Shown: piece by piece, positions 1-12,989 of the stretch
Layout of the letters: each line of letters begins with the position of its first letter
How positions within the stretch are numbered: the first letter of the stretch is position 1
Assembly (NCBI GenBank): GCA_024137785.1
Contig: JAHRHZ010000034.1
Location: 23,417,335-23,481,334 of the forward strand
Source: Ginglymostoma cirratum
Lineage: Eukaryota
Direction of reading: 5' to 3'
DNA: 64,000 bases
Translations under genes and position numbers: made by a program
Notes under the pieces: model-generated
Databases searched by the model: none
Seen by the model: only the letters and a program-made list of their open reading frames with translations
Told to the model about the DNA's origin: nothing

Positions 1-639
1 TGTCCAGATCTTGTTGCATTTCCCTCTCAGATTTAGCATCACTCTAAGGAAGGAACATCTACAGCCATTCATCTGTTAGTAACATTCAAAAGCTGTTCAA
101 TGACTATACTGCAGCGTTGGGCAGCAGGCCAAATTTATTTTTCTCCACATAATTTCCTATTACCCATTGTCTTTTATGATACAGTCTGTATCATGCATCC
201 CTCCACACTGGAGAGAACAGGCCTTGCTTGAAATGCTCCTCAAGTATCTAAAATTACAATTCTTCCGGCCAGTAATTTTTCCACAACAGCAACTTGAGGT
301 GACTGTACCTTTGCTTTTCCACCCTCAATTCGAGGGGGTGTAAGGAAGTGAGAATATCCTGCACTCACCATCAAGCAGGACATGGGTATGAATCGCTGGT
401 GGCACAACGGAGGTTACAATAAAATGCTGTATGGGTAAATCCTTGTCCCTTCCACCTCAACCATCAATATCATCACCACCTCAATATCATCACCCAATGT
501 GACACTAAGGCCATACTCAGGTCTTCCTTTATTGTGTCGTGATTTCATTTTGTGTTAACTTTACATTTTCAGTTAATTCTTTCTCCCTTAGCATTTTACG
601 TCATGACTTTTTTTTTAATTTCTTGTATGAGATATGGGT

Positions 640-1349
640 GATCTTGATGTTCAGGTGCACAGTTCTCTGAAAGTGGAGTCACAGGTAGGCAGAGCAATGA
701 AGAAGGCTTTTGGTGCACTGACCTCCATTAGTAGGGCACTGAGCATAGAAGTTGGGAAGTTATGCTGCAGTTGTACAGGACATTGGTGAGGCTGCACGTG
801 GAGTATTGTGTTCAGTTTTGGTCACCTTGCTGTGAGAAGGATGTTATTAAACTGCAAAGAGTACAGAAGAAACTTACGAGGATGTTGCCAGGACTCAAGG
901 GACTGAGTTATAGGGAGAGGTTGGACAAGCTAGGACTTTTTTCTTTTGAATATAGGAGACTGAGGTGGGGTGGAATGTTTTCAAAGTGTACAAGATCACA
1001 AGAGGCATGGATAGGGTGAATGCACTCAGTCTTTTTCCCAGGGTTGGGGAATTGAGGTCTAGAGGGCATCAGTTTAAAGTAAGAAGGGAAAGCATACATG
1101 GGAACCTGAGGGGCAACCTTTTTACACAGAGGGTGGTACACATACAGAATGAGCTGCCAACGGAAGTGTTTGAGGCAGGTACATTAACAACATTTAAAAG
1201 GCATTTGCACAAATACACGGACAAGAAAGGTTTAGAAGGATATGGGCCAAGTGCAGGGAAATGGGATTAGCGTGGATGGGCATTTTGGTCGGCACGGACC
1301 AGTTTGGGCCGAAGGGGCTGTCTCCGTGCTGTAGAACTCTGACTCTGAC
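640..1349 (+). mobile_element. CR1-clade (HER1-like) LINE, 3' fragment
   Basis: ORFs 762-1019 and 965-1270 give CR1 ORF2 C-terminal motifs (LYRTLVRLHVEYCVQFWSP; LGLFS.E.RRLR; GHQFKV; FTQRVV..NELP). Ends in a short (actctg)-type tail. Confidence 0.85.
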
Positions 1350-1354
1350 ACTGC

Positions 1355-1690
1355 CAAGGTAGGGACGTGTTGCCCATCCCTAATTGCTTTTGAACCAATT
1401 GGCTCGCTAGACTATTTCAAGTGCCAGTCAAGAGGCAACCACATTGCTGAGAATCTGGAGCCACATGTAGGCCAGATCGAGTAAAGATGGCAGATTTTCT
1501 TCCCTGAAGGAATGAGGAACTGGATGGATTTTTACAACAATCAACAGTCGTTATGTGGCCATGATTAAGTTTTTAAATTGAAGTCAGCTTTTACAATCAG
1601 CCTCTGTTGTACACAAACTCAAGACCCCAGGACATCAGACTGGGGCTCTGGATTGTGAGCCCAATGACATTACCACTATGCCACCACTTC
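1355..1690 (-). mobile_element. tRNA-derived SINE (SINE-C), degraded
   Basis: Reverse complement resembles the copies at 27158 and 42213 (ccacattgct...ggagccacatgtaggccaga...gatggcagattt.cttccct). Confidence 0.75.
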
Positions 1691-2841
1691 CAGTCTTCCT
1701 TTTGCCTACAGTTGTTTGTATCTGTGGTGATCAAGGATGGGAACTGAATATTCAAGGATATTTGACACTTCGGAACAATTGGTAAAAAGGAAAAAGAAAT
1801 GAGATGGGGCTATTAATCAAGGATGAGAGCAGTGTGTTAATGAGAGAGGATCTTAGATCAGAAGATCAAGAGACAGAAGTAGTTTGAGTGGAGCTAAAGA
1901 AACAGCAACCATTGGATGAAGTTGATGAGAGGCCATCAAAAATTAGTGGTAAATGTAAGGCATGGTATCAATCAATAAATTAGAATTGCACGCCAGAAGG
2001 GCAACACATTTATCATGGGAACTACAATCTACGTATAAACGTGCCAACTCTCATTAGCACTAATATTGTGGAGGATGAAGACTGTTTTCTAGAACAAGAA
2101 AGGAAAGAGAATGTACAATATTAGATCTAAAATAATTTCATGACAACAGGCTAATTAACAATTTCATTGTAAAGGAGCCTTTACGGAAGAGAATTTTACA
2201 TTAAGTTTGAAAATGAGGGAGGTCAATCAGAAAGTAGAGTCTTAAAAATGAATCAATTCAGAGGGCTGTACAGACTCAGTCATTGAATATGTTCACGACA
2301 GTGATCAACAGATTTTTGGATATTGAAGACATCAAGGGATTCGGGATAGTGCAGGAAAATAGAAGTAGAACAGTGACCATGATTGTGTTGAACAACACAG
2401 CAGGCTTGAGGTGCCAAATGGCCTAGACCTGCTCTAATTTCCTTTATTCCTATCTCTCAGTTAACGGGTGCAAGCTTCTGAGACACCAAAACCTGACTAA
2501 ACTTCAAACCAACCTGAGAATGGACTAACCTTTACTCATCCTTACCTTTTATAAATGTGCAGACAACATTTGACTCAAATTAAGAGGGATAAACAAATAG
2601 ACTTCCACACCATGACAAAACAATCAAGATTAAAAAAAAATTGATTTTCTTTGTCAAAGTCTAGGTTATCACATAGCCGTAGATGAGTAGCTTCAATGTC
2701 TAGAAAAATTGATGACAACTTTAAATCAAGCATCAAATCTGTTGAAGGGTATTAAGTACTCCAAACAAAGAAAAGAGTTAATTAAAAACCACAAAATATG
2801 CTGAGAATGTAGGCAGATCCAGAATGTAGAGCAGTACTTAC

Positions 2842-2876
2842 ATGATTTATGTAGAGGCTTTTCCGTTTCTCTCTGA
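2842..2876 (-). CDS. CCNY: Cyclin Y exon 3 (35 nt): (V)REKRKSLYINH
   Basis: Minus strand reads tttttctatgtttcacag|TCAGAGAGAAACGGAAAAGCCTCTACATAAATCAT|gtaagt, with canonical acceptor and donor. The phase-1 junction with exon 2 (G|TC = Val) is exact. Matches the human CCNY segment VREKRKSLFINH as I recall it. Confidence 0.95.
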
Positions 2877-2939
2877 CTGTGAAACATAGAAAAATAAATA
2901 TTGTTAAAAAAAACTCAATGAATTTAACAGTTTCAAATA

Positions 2940-3275
2940 AAAAACAAAGCACTGCAGATGCTGGAAAGAAAAAGAATTAACGTTTTGAGTCCAGTACAAC
3001 TCTTAATAAAAACCAAAAGAATTGCAGAAGCTGTAAATCAGAAACAAAAACAGAAGTTGCTGGAAAAGCTCAGCAGAACTCTTTCTGAGGAAGGGTCACT
3101 CGACCCAAAATATTAATTCTGATTTCTCTCCACAGATGCTGCCAGACCTGCTGAACTTTTCCAGCAACTTCTGTCTTTGTTTCTGCTATGACCCTTCTTT
3201 GGTTCTGTTAACAGTTTCTCCCTCCACATATACTGACAGACATGCTGAGTTTCTCCAGCATTTTCTGATTTTACT
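2940..3275. mobile_element. Nested/inverted PLE terminal-repeat fragments (PLE-B) with a degenerate hammerhead core
   Basis: Arms 3039-3076 and 3148-3185 are reverse complements (36/38). Between them lies CTGAGGA-a-gggtc-actc-gaccc-aaaa (3085-3110). Related to the copy at 13455-13572. Confidence 0.7.
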
Positions 3276-5202
3276 GCATTTAACAGGAAATATTCTAAAG
3301 GATTTCACGGAAGAAAATTAACCTTAAACCAAGGTAGAGGAAATTAGGTGAGACATCCAATGGTTTAGTCAAATAGAGAGGTGATAAGGAAGGTCAGAGG
3401 ATTGGAAATGATAGGCACTATATCCATTGGCTGCACAAGTTGAGAGAGTTAGGAGATGAGATAAGGGAGGCTATGATTTGAATTACGGTCTTTATCCTTG
3501 AAACAAAGTTGAAGGAACCAACTGGTTAAGTGGTCAAACTAGGTTAATGTTGTCTCTGGCTACAGCAGTATGTTAGTACCAATACAGTTAAGTCCAAAAA
3601 AAACATGTTAATGGTACTTCAAGTAAAGTTTTGTCAGTCTCTATAAAAACCTTGAACAAACATCATCACTGGTATAGCACAAAATTTGCTCTGCAGCATC
3701 ACAGTTACTCCATTGTATGAAAACTTCTTACACCCATCATTCAGTTTTACTTAAAAAAAAATCTAGGACAACAAGATATAAAGGATTCATTGTCGCTGCT
3801 GTTCCTCTTCACTTTCCATTCACTGTTTATTGTGATAATTGTACCATGGCACCTTCCTCAGCCAGTTATGATGACACAGAAGTGATCACTATCACAGATA
3901 TTTCTAATTATTGTGAAATTATCTTTGAACAGGACATATTATTGATAATCACAGATAATTAACATTCCTGCTGCACAGCACTAACTCAAATCAATGTCAT
4001 TTACAGTTCGATATGCATGTATGATGTTTAGTGTTTTACCAAGAAGAAAGGTTAGCAATTCATTTCTAAAAGTCAATACAATCTACTAAATTCCAGACAG
4101 AAGTTCTGTGAGTAGGTGAAGTTCAATGTAACTTTACCAGAGAATGAAAGAGATACTGAAAAGCTTACCCAAATCTACTCAGAGGCTACTGGAAAGCAGT
4201 TAACCTTCCAGTGGTTCAATGTCTTCATTATTTGAGGACACTGACCTACCGCTTGATTGCGCCCATCTAATTATAGAAACAGATACAGGCAACCTTCAGC
4301 AAGAGATGTCACTGAGTTTCAGATGGACATTTATTTCGGCGCAGAATTCTGTTGCATAACTGCCACAATCAATAACAACAGAATATCCACAATAGTACTG
4401 CATATAAAGACTCTCATTAACAGTGACAATGTGTCTTAAAGAACACGGGGAAAAAAAACGCCTCCTACTTATTCATCACTTGTTTCCTTGATATGCTTCT
4501 GTACAGAACCAAACTGCATTTGTGACTATATGTACACAAAGATACCTTTTATGAACAAAGTATATTTTTGAAATTAAAAACAAATTATCCTGCCTGGTTC
4601 CATCCCTAGTAGATCGTTTTCTTCCATGATAACAAATACTTTCTTGTAATATAACAAATATTATACACTGACCGACTTTGGTAATTTTCATATGTACAGG
4701 GAGAACAAAAAAAGACAAGGAACGCTCAAGGATACCTCACACATAACTAGTCATTAAACAACATAGAGACAGACAGAATCAGGAAAGGACACGGTAATAG
4801 CACCGGAAATAAAAGAACACAACATACAGATAAAAGAGAGTAATTTACTGCAGAAGATCCAGTGAATTATCAGAAATCACATTTCTTCAAAACTTAAAAC
4901 ATCCTGCACTTTTAATTCAAAGTAATGGATGGCCTAATATGCAATATGATTACATCCTGTTAAAATAACATTGTCAGGAAGTTGATGCAGGAATCAAAAA
5001 TGTTCTTTCTAAAAGCAACAGACTTGCTTGAGGATGTTGTTTTACAGCTCAAGGATGTTTCCAATGAGGTGGAGTTCTAGTCAAAGTAAACTATGCTGTG
5101 TTAACATTTTTACTCACTTGGGCTTTCAAATCTATACAGTCAGCAAGACAAGTGAGCATCAGGTCCACAGTCTTCTACAAATGCCATCAGAAGCCATATT
5201 AA

Positions 5203-5543
5203 GGGATGATGGCGATGTAGTGGTAATGTCACTGGACTATTAGCCAGAATCATGGGCTAATATTCTGGGGATGTGTTCAAATCTCACCACAGAAGATAGT
5301 GAAATCCAAATTCCGTTTTAATACGCCTGGAATAAATTGCTGGTGACCACGTAACCACTGTCAACTGTGGTGAACCAGAGGGGTTTTGCAAATATCCTGT
5401 AGGGAAGGAAATCGCCATCCTTACCTTGTCTGGTCATGTGACTCAGGACCCAGAGCAATGTGGCTAATCCACAACTGCCCTTTAGGCAATAAGTATTGGC
5501 CAAGCCAGTGATGGCAACATTCCATGAATGAATAAAATGAAAA
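5203..5543 (+). mobile_element. SINE-C copy
   Basis: tRNA-like head (gatggcgatgtagtggtaa...gttcaaatctc), body ccttaccttgtctggtcatgtgactc, tail ggcaataa...catgaatgaataaaa. Confidence 0.75.
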
Positions 5544-7224
5544 ACTCTGCATCTGTAATTGGGACAGGGAGGTAAAACAATACACCTGTTCTTAGCACAT
5601 CACGGATACCCCAGTTGAATGCTCTGCTGTACAAATATATTTGCTCCCTGCTGAGATGTGAAAAATGTCATTCCTTGCAACCTGGACTATGACCATCATT
5701 ATTGTACTCAACAAGACAGTATTGAAACTCCTAAAGAAAAATAAATGCACAAACCCTTGCAACAACATTCAGGTTTGCTGATTGCCCACAAGTTTAATAT
5801 GACCTCTACAGGCACTGAAACCTATCTTCAAAGTTCCTAAAGTAACTGTGTGGTTTTAAGAGCTGTATAATTGCATACCTTTCTCCTCCCTGCTCCAATC
5901 TGAGCTTTTCAAATCCGTCTCACGGAGCTACAACTGCGCTCTTGCTACACACCTTCTCTGTCCCAAGCGGTCCTCCCACCGGCAATTCTTAACTTGACCA
6001 CTAGATGGTGAAGTTGAGCAGGAGTGATATTCCATATCAAGAGGGAGGAAAAGCTGGGGCTCCCTGCTCTGCCTTGGAGGTAGACATTCTGTCTGTTTGT
6101 TGATGTTACAAAAAGATGATATCTAAGAAGCTTCTACCATGCACATATAGAACAATCTAATCAAAACAGAATGTACAAAAGCAGAAAGTGAGGATCTGAA
6201 GTTGTAGAATACCTGAAACATTAATGGTTTGACTGATGTTTGATTATGTTAGTTGGTTCTCTGATCTATTTAGCTGCGTTTGTTGCTTAAGTTTGTGGCT
6301 ACAGCTGGATAGCTAAGAAAACAGAGAAGTTTCCAGACAGAGAACAATGGTGCCAATCGCTGTGCACCTGGGCCAGGAATTTCACGTCCCTATCGTTGCC
6401 CTCTCTTCAACTCCCCTCTATACTGCCCTACTGATAGTTTTGCTTCAGAAGGTCCGTGTTCTTTAATGGGAAAAAATTTCACATTCACATACTCCAGCAA
6501 GAAAACCTCGTAGATTTTTAATTTATCTCTTGTGCTAAGGCGGGGTACATTTGCTAAAGTTCTGTGATGATGTGAAACTGGAATGTTGCCTTACAGTCAG
6601 CTTCACACAAACGTGTTATTGACCCTCGCTATCAAAAATAGCTGTTGTGCTTCATGCAGAAATATACAATTACAAATAAACAACTCATCTGGAATAAAAA
6701 CTTGAGCAAAATTTTTCTACCACATTTTGGAAACAATTTGATGTAACACAATGCTCGTTATGTTGATTTGTATTTTGTCCATGGTCAAGAACAGAATTCA
6801 GATTGTGTTTTTTTAACATGAAGTGACTGCATAGGCAAGGTGATACCACATGCAGCGAATGCACCCCATCCCTTACAGTGGCAGCAAATGCAGACAAGGA
6901 AAGCAGACTTGGACTCTTACTGAGATCATGTATGCAAGCAAATCCCCTAAATTCTAAGATGCTTTAAAGTAATGCAGCTAAACCCTTTGTTGATTTGGAA
7001 TAAACAATTTCTCCGAATTGCTCCAAGATACATCAGATTGCAAGGATATACAGCAAATCAATAAATATACAACAAAATTGGCAACAGGGATGATTGAGAA
7101 AAGTTTAACTTCACTAGCTCAAGGCCATTTCTTTCATCACGGGGCAATTCTCTCATTATGGGAGGGATGGATTTCAGAGTTCAAGGCCTACATGCTCACG
7201 ACAGGGATAAACAGTCCTGGTGTG

Positions 7225-7550
7225 GGGAAGACGGTGGTGTAGTAGTAATCTCACTGGATTAATTATACAGTTTTCTGGGGACATAGGTTTAAATCTCACC
7301 ATGGCATATGGTGAAATCTGAATTCAATAAAGGAATTCTGGAATAAAAAGCTAAGCTGAAGGCAATCTTGCAACCACTGTCGATGCTTATAAAATCCCAT
7401 TTGGTTCGCTAATTTTTTTTTTAGGGAGGGGAAGCTGCCAGCCTTACCAGGCCTGACTACATGTGACTCCAGGCCAATACAGTTGACTCTTAACTGCTCT
7501 CTGGGCAGATAGAGATAAGCAATAAATGCTGGCCAAATCCCACAAATGAG
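7225..7550 (+). mobile_element. SINE-C copy
   Basis: Same head, body and tail as 27158-27518. Confidence 0.7.
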
Positions 7551-7764
7551 TGGAAGGCCAGAGATGGAATATTGTATGCTCACACATTTCAATACACAAG
7601 TGCGGCTCCATACTCTTACAAAGATTTCAACAAGAATATTGGAATAAAGATGTGTACTAGAACATACATAAGAAAAAACCTTACTAATGTTCAGAACATA
7701 AGCAGAGGATTTAGTCAGAAGGGGATCCAAGATGAACAAACAAGGACAGCAATTTAAGAACATA

Positions 7765-8112
7765 TTTCATTTCGTTATACCTTCACATGATGAGGGCATT
7801 ACTGGCTCGGCCAGCATCCTAATCGCGAAGAGGACAGTTAAGAGTCAAACACATTGCTGTGTGTCTGGAGTCACATGTAGGCCAGACCAGGTAAGAATGG
7901 CAGTTTCCTTCCTTAAAGAACATTAGTGAATTAGATGGGTTTTTCCAACAATTGACGATGGTTTCATACTCATCATTAGACATATTCCAGATATTTATTG
8001 AATTCAAATTCCACGATCTACCATGCAGGATTCGAACCCGAGTCACCAGAACATTACCAGGGTCTTTGGATTAATAATCTAGTGATAATATCACTAGGGC
8101 CATCACCTCCTT
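7765..8112 (-). mobile_element. SINE-C copy, inverted relative to 7225-7550
   Basis: ggagtcacatgtaggccagaccaggtaagaatggcagtttcc and caggattcgaaccc (B box on the minus strand). Confidence 0.8.
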
Positions 8113-8544
8113 GCAATAATTTTTTTTTTGAGTGATGCTGATCATCTACCTCACGTAACATCAGATTCATAGATCTAATCGCAGGCCGAACAGACCTTTG
8201 CAACTCAAACATAATTTCTGTATGTAAAAGTTCAGCTTGTCTGTTTTCTCTAAAACATGATTTGATCTACATATGCTTATTATTTAAGGTGATTTAATTA
8301 ACAATAATGTATTTAGCTGGTGGGGGCGACATAGTAATATTTAATGGTTTGAATGATCTGTGTTAGATTAAATTCCATAATGAATCATGTCACTGTACTT
8401 GATTATGGGTGGATCTAGAGAGATAAGACAACAGAAAAGTTTCTCAACTCTGGTTGAAACTGTGCATATTTACAATCTTGCAAGCTGTGAGATGTTTTAA
8501 AGTAATGCAAATAAACCTGTCATAGATGTAGAATTAGTGATACT

Positions 8545-9340
8545 TAATACATGATAAATATATAGCTGCCAGCAAATGCAACACTGTTATCAACCTGTTC
8601 CATTTGGATTCCACCCAGGCTCAGCTCCTGACCCAATACAGTGTTGATCCAAGCATGGACAAAACAGCTGAACTCCATAAGTGAAGGGAGCTGACAGCAA
8701 CTGCCTTTGACATCAAAGCAGTATTTGACCAAGTAAGGCATTGATGAACCAGAGGGGAAAACCTTTCAGTAGTAGGAGTATTACCTAGCACAAAAGGAAA
8801 CAGTTGTGGAAAATTATAGGTCAAAGAATAAAGGGGACAGCAGCAAGTGGATACAAAATCGGCTAAGTGATTGGAAAGACAGTAATGGTTAATGGATATT
8901 TCTCAGGCTGGAGAAAGAGTTGTAGTCCTGGGACTCCTTCTTTTCCTGGTAGATATTAATGATCTCGTGAGGAGGAGTGTATAGAACTCCTAAGGACATA
9001 GGCAAGTTGGAGCGGAGAGATAGTGGCAGATAGGGTTCAATGTACAGAAGCAAGGCAAAACATTTTGGTACAAAGAACATTCAAAGACCATATAAAATAA
9101 CGGACACAATATGAAAGGGAGGTGCAGGAGCAGAGGGACCTGGGTTTGGAGGGGCACGGATTACTGAAGGTGAGGCATAACTGGTTGAAAGAGCAATTCA
9201 TAAAACATACAGAACCTTTAGCTTTAGTAACAGAGGCACAAGGTACAAGAACAATGAGATGATGTTTTATATGACTCATGTTAAAAGCTCAACTGAAGTA
9301 CTGTGTATAGTTCTGCATGTCACATTGTAGGAAGGATTTC
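8545..9340 (+). mobile_element. Degraded LINE fragments (LINE-B RT piece followed by a CR1 piece)
   Basis: gcctttgacatcaaagcagtatttgacc (AFDIKAVFD-like RT motif), then CR1-like aactgaagtactgtgtatagttctg. Confidence 0.5.
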
Positions 9341-11190
9341 TTTATTTAGTCATTCACTCACAGGATGTAGCCATCGCTAGCTGGCCCATCTGATGTTGCC
9401 CTTGAGTAGATGGTGGGGTGAGTTAACTTCTTGTTCATTCAATGTTATGCACGCCCACAATGCTGTTAGGGAGGACTTCCAGGATTCTGAACCAGCAATA
9501 GTGATATATTTGCAAGTCTGGAACTTGCTGATGCTAGTTTTCCTATATATCTGCTGCCCTTGTTCCTTCTAGATGCTAATGGTTTAAGTTTGGAATGTGC
9601 TAAGGAGCCTTGGTGAATACCTGCAGTGCATCTTGAAGATGATGCACATTCTTGCAAATGAGCGTTGATGGTGGAGAGAGTGGTTCTTGTGGATGCAGTG
9701 ACAATCAAGTGGGCTGCTTTGTCCTGGATAGTGTCAAGCTTCTTCAGTGTTGCCAGAGCTGCACCCATCCAGACAAATGGGGAGCATTCCATCATACTCC
9801 TAATTCATGCCTTGTAGTCAGGAAGCAAATTACTCTATGCAAAAATGGCACAGTGGTTCAGTGGTTAGCACTGCTGCCTCACAGCGCCAGGGACCCGAGT
9901 TCGATTCCAGCCATGGGTGACTGTCCGTGTGGAGTTTGCATGCTCTCACCATGTCTGCTTGGGTTACCTCTGGGTGCTCCGGTTTCCTCCCACAGTCCAA
10001 AAGATGTCCAGGTTAGGTGCATTGGCCATGCTAAATTGCCGGTAGTGTCCAGGGATGTGCTGGCTGGGTGGGTTAGCCATAAGGAAATGCAGGGTTACAG
10101 GGGTAGGGTAGGGGTGGGATGCTCTTTGGAGTACAATAGACACTTGGTGGACTGAGTGGCCTGTGACGACACTGTAGGGATTCTAAGATTCTTCTGACCT
10201 GGTCTTGCAACCACAGTACTTAATTGACTTGTCTATTTCAGTTCCTGGTCAATGGTAACCCCTCAGATGTTGACAGTGCGCAATTCAATTATGGTGATAC
10301 GATTCAAGGGGCGGTGGTCAGATTGTCTGTTATTGGAAATAGTCATTGCCATGTTATTTGCCCAAGTCCAGATCTTGCTGCATTTGTACACGGACTGCTT
10401 CATTATCTGAGGAGTTGGGAATGATGATGATTGTTGTGTAATCATTGGCGAACAAGCCCACTTCTGACCTTATGATGGAGGGAAAGTTATTGATGAAGCA
10501 GCTGAAGACACAGCCCTGACGAACTCCTGCAGAGTCGTCCTGGAGCTGAGATGACTGACCTTCAACAAACAGGACCATCTTTCTTTAACCACATATAACT
10601 CCAATCAATGGAGAATCTTCCCCTGATTCCTGTTACTTCTAGCTTTGGTAGGGCTCTTTCATGCCACACATGGTCGAATGCAGCCTTGTGTCACTCTCAC
10701 TTCACCTCTGGAATTCAGCTCTTTTGTCCATGTTTGAACCAAGGCTGTAACGAGGTCAGGGGCTGAGTGGCCTTGGCAGAACCCAAATTGGGCGTCAATG
10801 AGATGGTTATCGCTAAGCACTGAGCTTGACAGCACCTTTCATCACTTGACTGATAATCAAGAGTAGACTGATGGATCTTGTTGGTTCATTCACCAACTGT
10901 TGCAGACCCAGTTTCACAGCTATCAGCTTTAGGACTTGACCAGCACAGTCAATAGTGCTGCCGCTGAATCACTGTTGGTGCTGGACAGTGAAGTTCCCAA
11001 TCCAGAGTACATTCTGTGCCCTTGCTACCATCAGTGTTTCCTTCAAGTTCTGTTCAACATTGAGGAGTACTGATTCACCAGCTGAGCATGGGTGGTAGGT
11101 GGTAATCAGCAAGAGGTCCCCTTGCCAATGTTTCAACTGACGCCATGAGACTTCATGGGTTCCAAGTCAGTGTTGAGGATTCCGAGGGAA
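9340..11190 (-). mobile_element. CR1/L2-group LINE (LINE-B), interrupted by an HE1-like SINE
   Basis: Minus-strand ORFs contain GQSSQLQD.SAGVRQG..FSCFINNFPSIIRSEVGLFAND and MECSPFVWMGAALATLKKLDTIQDKAAHLI. Confidence 0.8.
9847..10190 (+). mobile_element. HE1-like V-SINE
   Basis: tRNA head ggcacagtggttcagtggttagcactgctgcctcacagcgccagggacccgagttcgattcc, V-domain gtgtggagtttgca...gggtgctccggtttcctcccacagtccaaaaga, CR1-like tail ctgtagggattcta. Confidence 0.9.
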
Positions 11191-11194
11191 CCTC

Positions 11195-12050
11195 CTTCCC
11201 GAATGGATACCAATGCCAAACCTCCAAGAATTCCCCGGCCGTTCTCTGCTTGGCTTGTCCTATGATAGTAGTGTTGTCCCAGTTGAAAGTGTGGTTTGTC
11301 TGCCTGTTTGTCCCACATAGTGTTCTGTGCAGTCTCCGCATGGTATCTTGTGAGCCACATTCATCCTGTCCATGGTATCTATTGGGTCTTTAAACTTGGT
11401 CAGTCTCATTGTAGCTGCTGGTTTGTGTGCTGTCATGATTCCTGGTAGCCTGAGTAGTCTGGCTGTCAGTTCTTTTTTTGTATATAGTCTGGTCGTTATT
11501 GTTTCAGGTTCTGGTGTGTCTTGGTTGTGTTGTCTGTTAGCAAGGCATGTGTCATCGACCCCCACAGCTTCATCCACAGATGCACAGGATATAAGATGCC
11601 GTGCAGAGACAGCACAAAACGCTGCGTAGGACAAACAGGCAGACAACTAGCGACCCGCATCCACAAACACCAGCTAGCAACTAAACAACACGACCAGGTG
11701 TCCTTGGTTTCAATACACACAGGCGAGAAAAACCACACTTTCAACTGGGATAACACTACTATCATAGGACAAGCCAAACAGAGGACATCCAGGGAACTCT
11801 TGGAGGCTTGGTATCCATCTGCAGACTCCATCAACAAACACATTGAATTAGACCCGATATATCGACCATTCCAACGCACAACCAGAATCAGTATCTACCA
11901 GAAGCAGCAAAAACCAGACCATATAAATTCAAACCGGCACAAGACAACAGTGATTCACAGGAGGCTCCACAGCACTGAGGATGTCACCTAGTGAGGGGAT
12001 GAAACACCTGCTTTCAAACCTCCCCAGCTCGGCAAACACACCAACATCTG
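11195..12050. mobile_element. Penelope-like element (PLE-C): two head-to-head GIY-YIG 3' fragments
   Basis: + ORF 11521-11991 (YKMPCRDSTKRCVGQTGRQLATRIHKH...HTFNWDNTTII...RELLEAW) and - ORFs 11260-11646 and 11153-11341 (HKIPCGDCTEHYVGQTGRQ; HTFNWDNTTIIGQAKQR) encode the same GIY-YIG-type segment in opposite orientations. Confidence 0.8.
11971..12012 (+). ncRNA. Degenerate minimal hammerhead ribozyme motif in the PLE-C 3' end
   Basis: agca-CTGAGGA-tgtcacc-tagtga-ggggat-GAAA-cacc-tgct. Stem I is agca/tgct; the cleavage-site segment reads ACC instead of GUC. Confidence 0.5.
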
Positions 12051-12989
12051 CAGGCAATATGCCTTTTGTAAAGCCTTGCAGATAATTGTGCTTCATTTTT
12101 GATTCAGGAGTGTATATTTGTTACTCATACAATCATAACTCTCTCAACCATTTTCAGAAATTCACCATCCATTAGATATTTAATGCACTTTCCATCCCAG
12201 GTCTCTATTCCTAATATGTTAGAAACCTTTCAAATTGCTACAACTATTGAACAATAATCTCCCATCGTTTGCATATCTTTGCATCACAAATGAGTTATTG
12301 CTGAGCTCTCTAAAGCAAAAATAATAAGCTTGTCCTTTTAATTTGTGTTACTATTAAGATAGGCCTTATTTCTTCTTATCCATCTGGTAATAATGCAGAC
12401 TTTATCAAAGAATAACTTTTAAGTACATCATCGTACTAATCAGATGTAATTATAAAAGCCATTAGATTAGTGAGAATGTTGGAAAAAGATTTCTTGATAT
12501 CTCATGCTACTCCAGTGTTGGAATACAATTTGTATTTTGTGAAACATCCCAAGGCATTTTGCAGAAGGATTATCAAACAAAATCTAACATCTAGCCATCC
12601 ACAGAAAAATTAGAACAAATGGACAAGAGCTTCATGAAAGAACTTGGTAGACCCAAAGAACAACCGAAATATTGCAACCGCAAAATAAGCACAAACTGTA
12701 AGAGCTTAAAACATGTCTTGTGGTCTTGTGTATGTTGGAGGTGAAGCCTTTTTCTAACGTCATAAATGGAGTCAAAAGGAGCAACCCCAGAGAAAAAGTC
12801 AGAACAAAAATGAAAAACCCTTGAGCCACCCCCACAGTTTGGCCTATGTTGGTTCACAGTTCAGCTACACCTAATAGTTCACTTCTCTGTCAGTGATTCC
12901 TCAGGTGGGTAAATATAAATGCAGCTAATAGGGCCTTTTGACAGGCTCAGCCTGCTCTCACAGTTCAAAAATCTGTTTTGGTGGACCAC

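Noticed and set aside
361-420. Minus-strand GTGAGT donor as a possible CCNY exon 4
   Set aside because: The adjacent sequence does not translate to the expected RKYSSCSTIFLDDSTVSQP-like peptide. Exon 4 is probably outside the window.
9847-9915. tRNA-like sequence (also the heads at 27158, 42213 and 14858-15082)
   Set aside because: Each continues into a SINE body and tail, so they are SINE heads and not tRNA genes.
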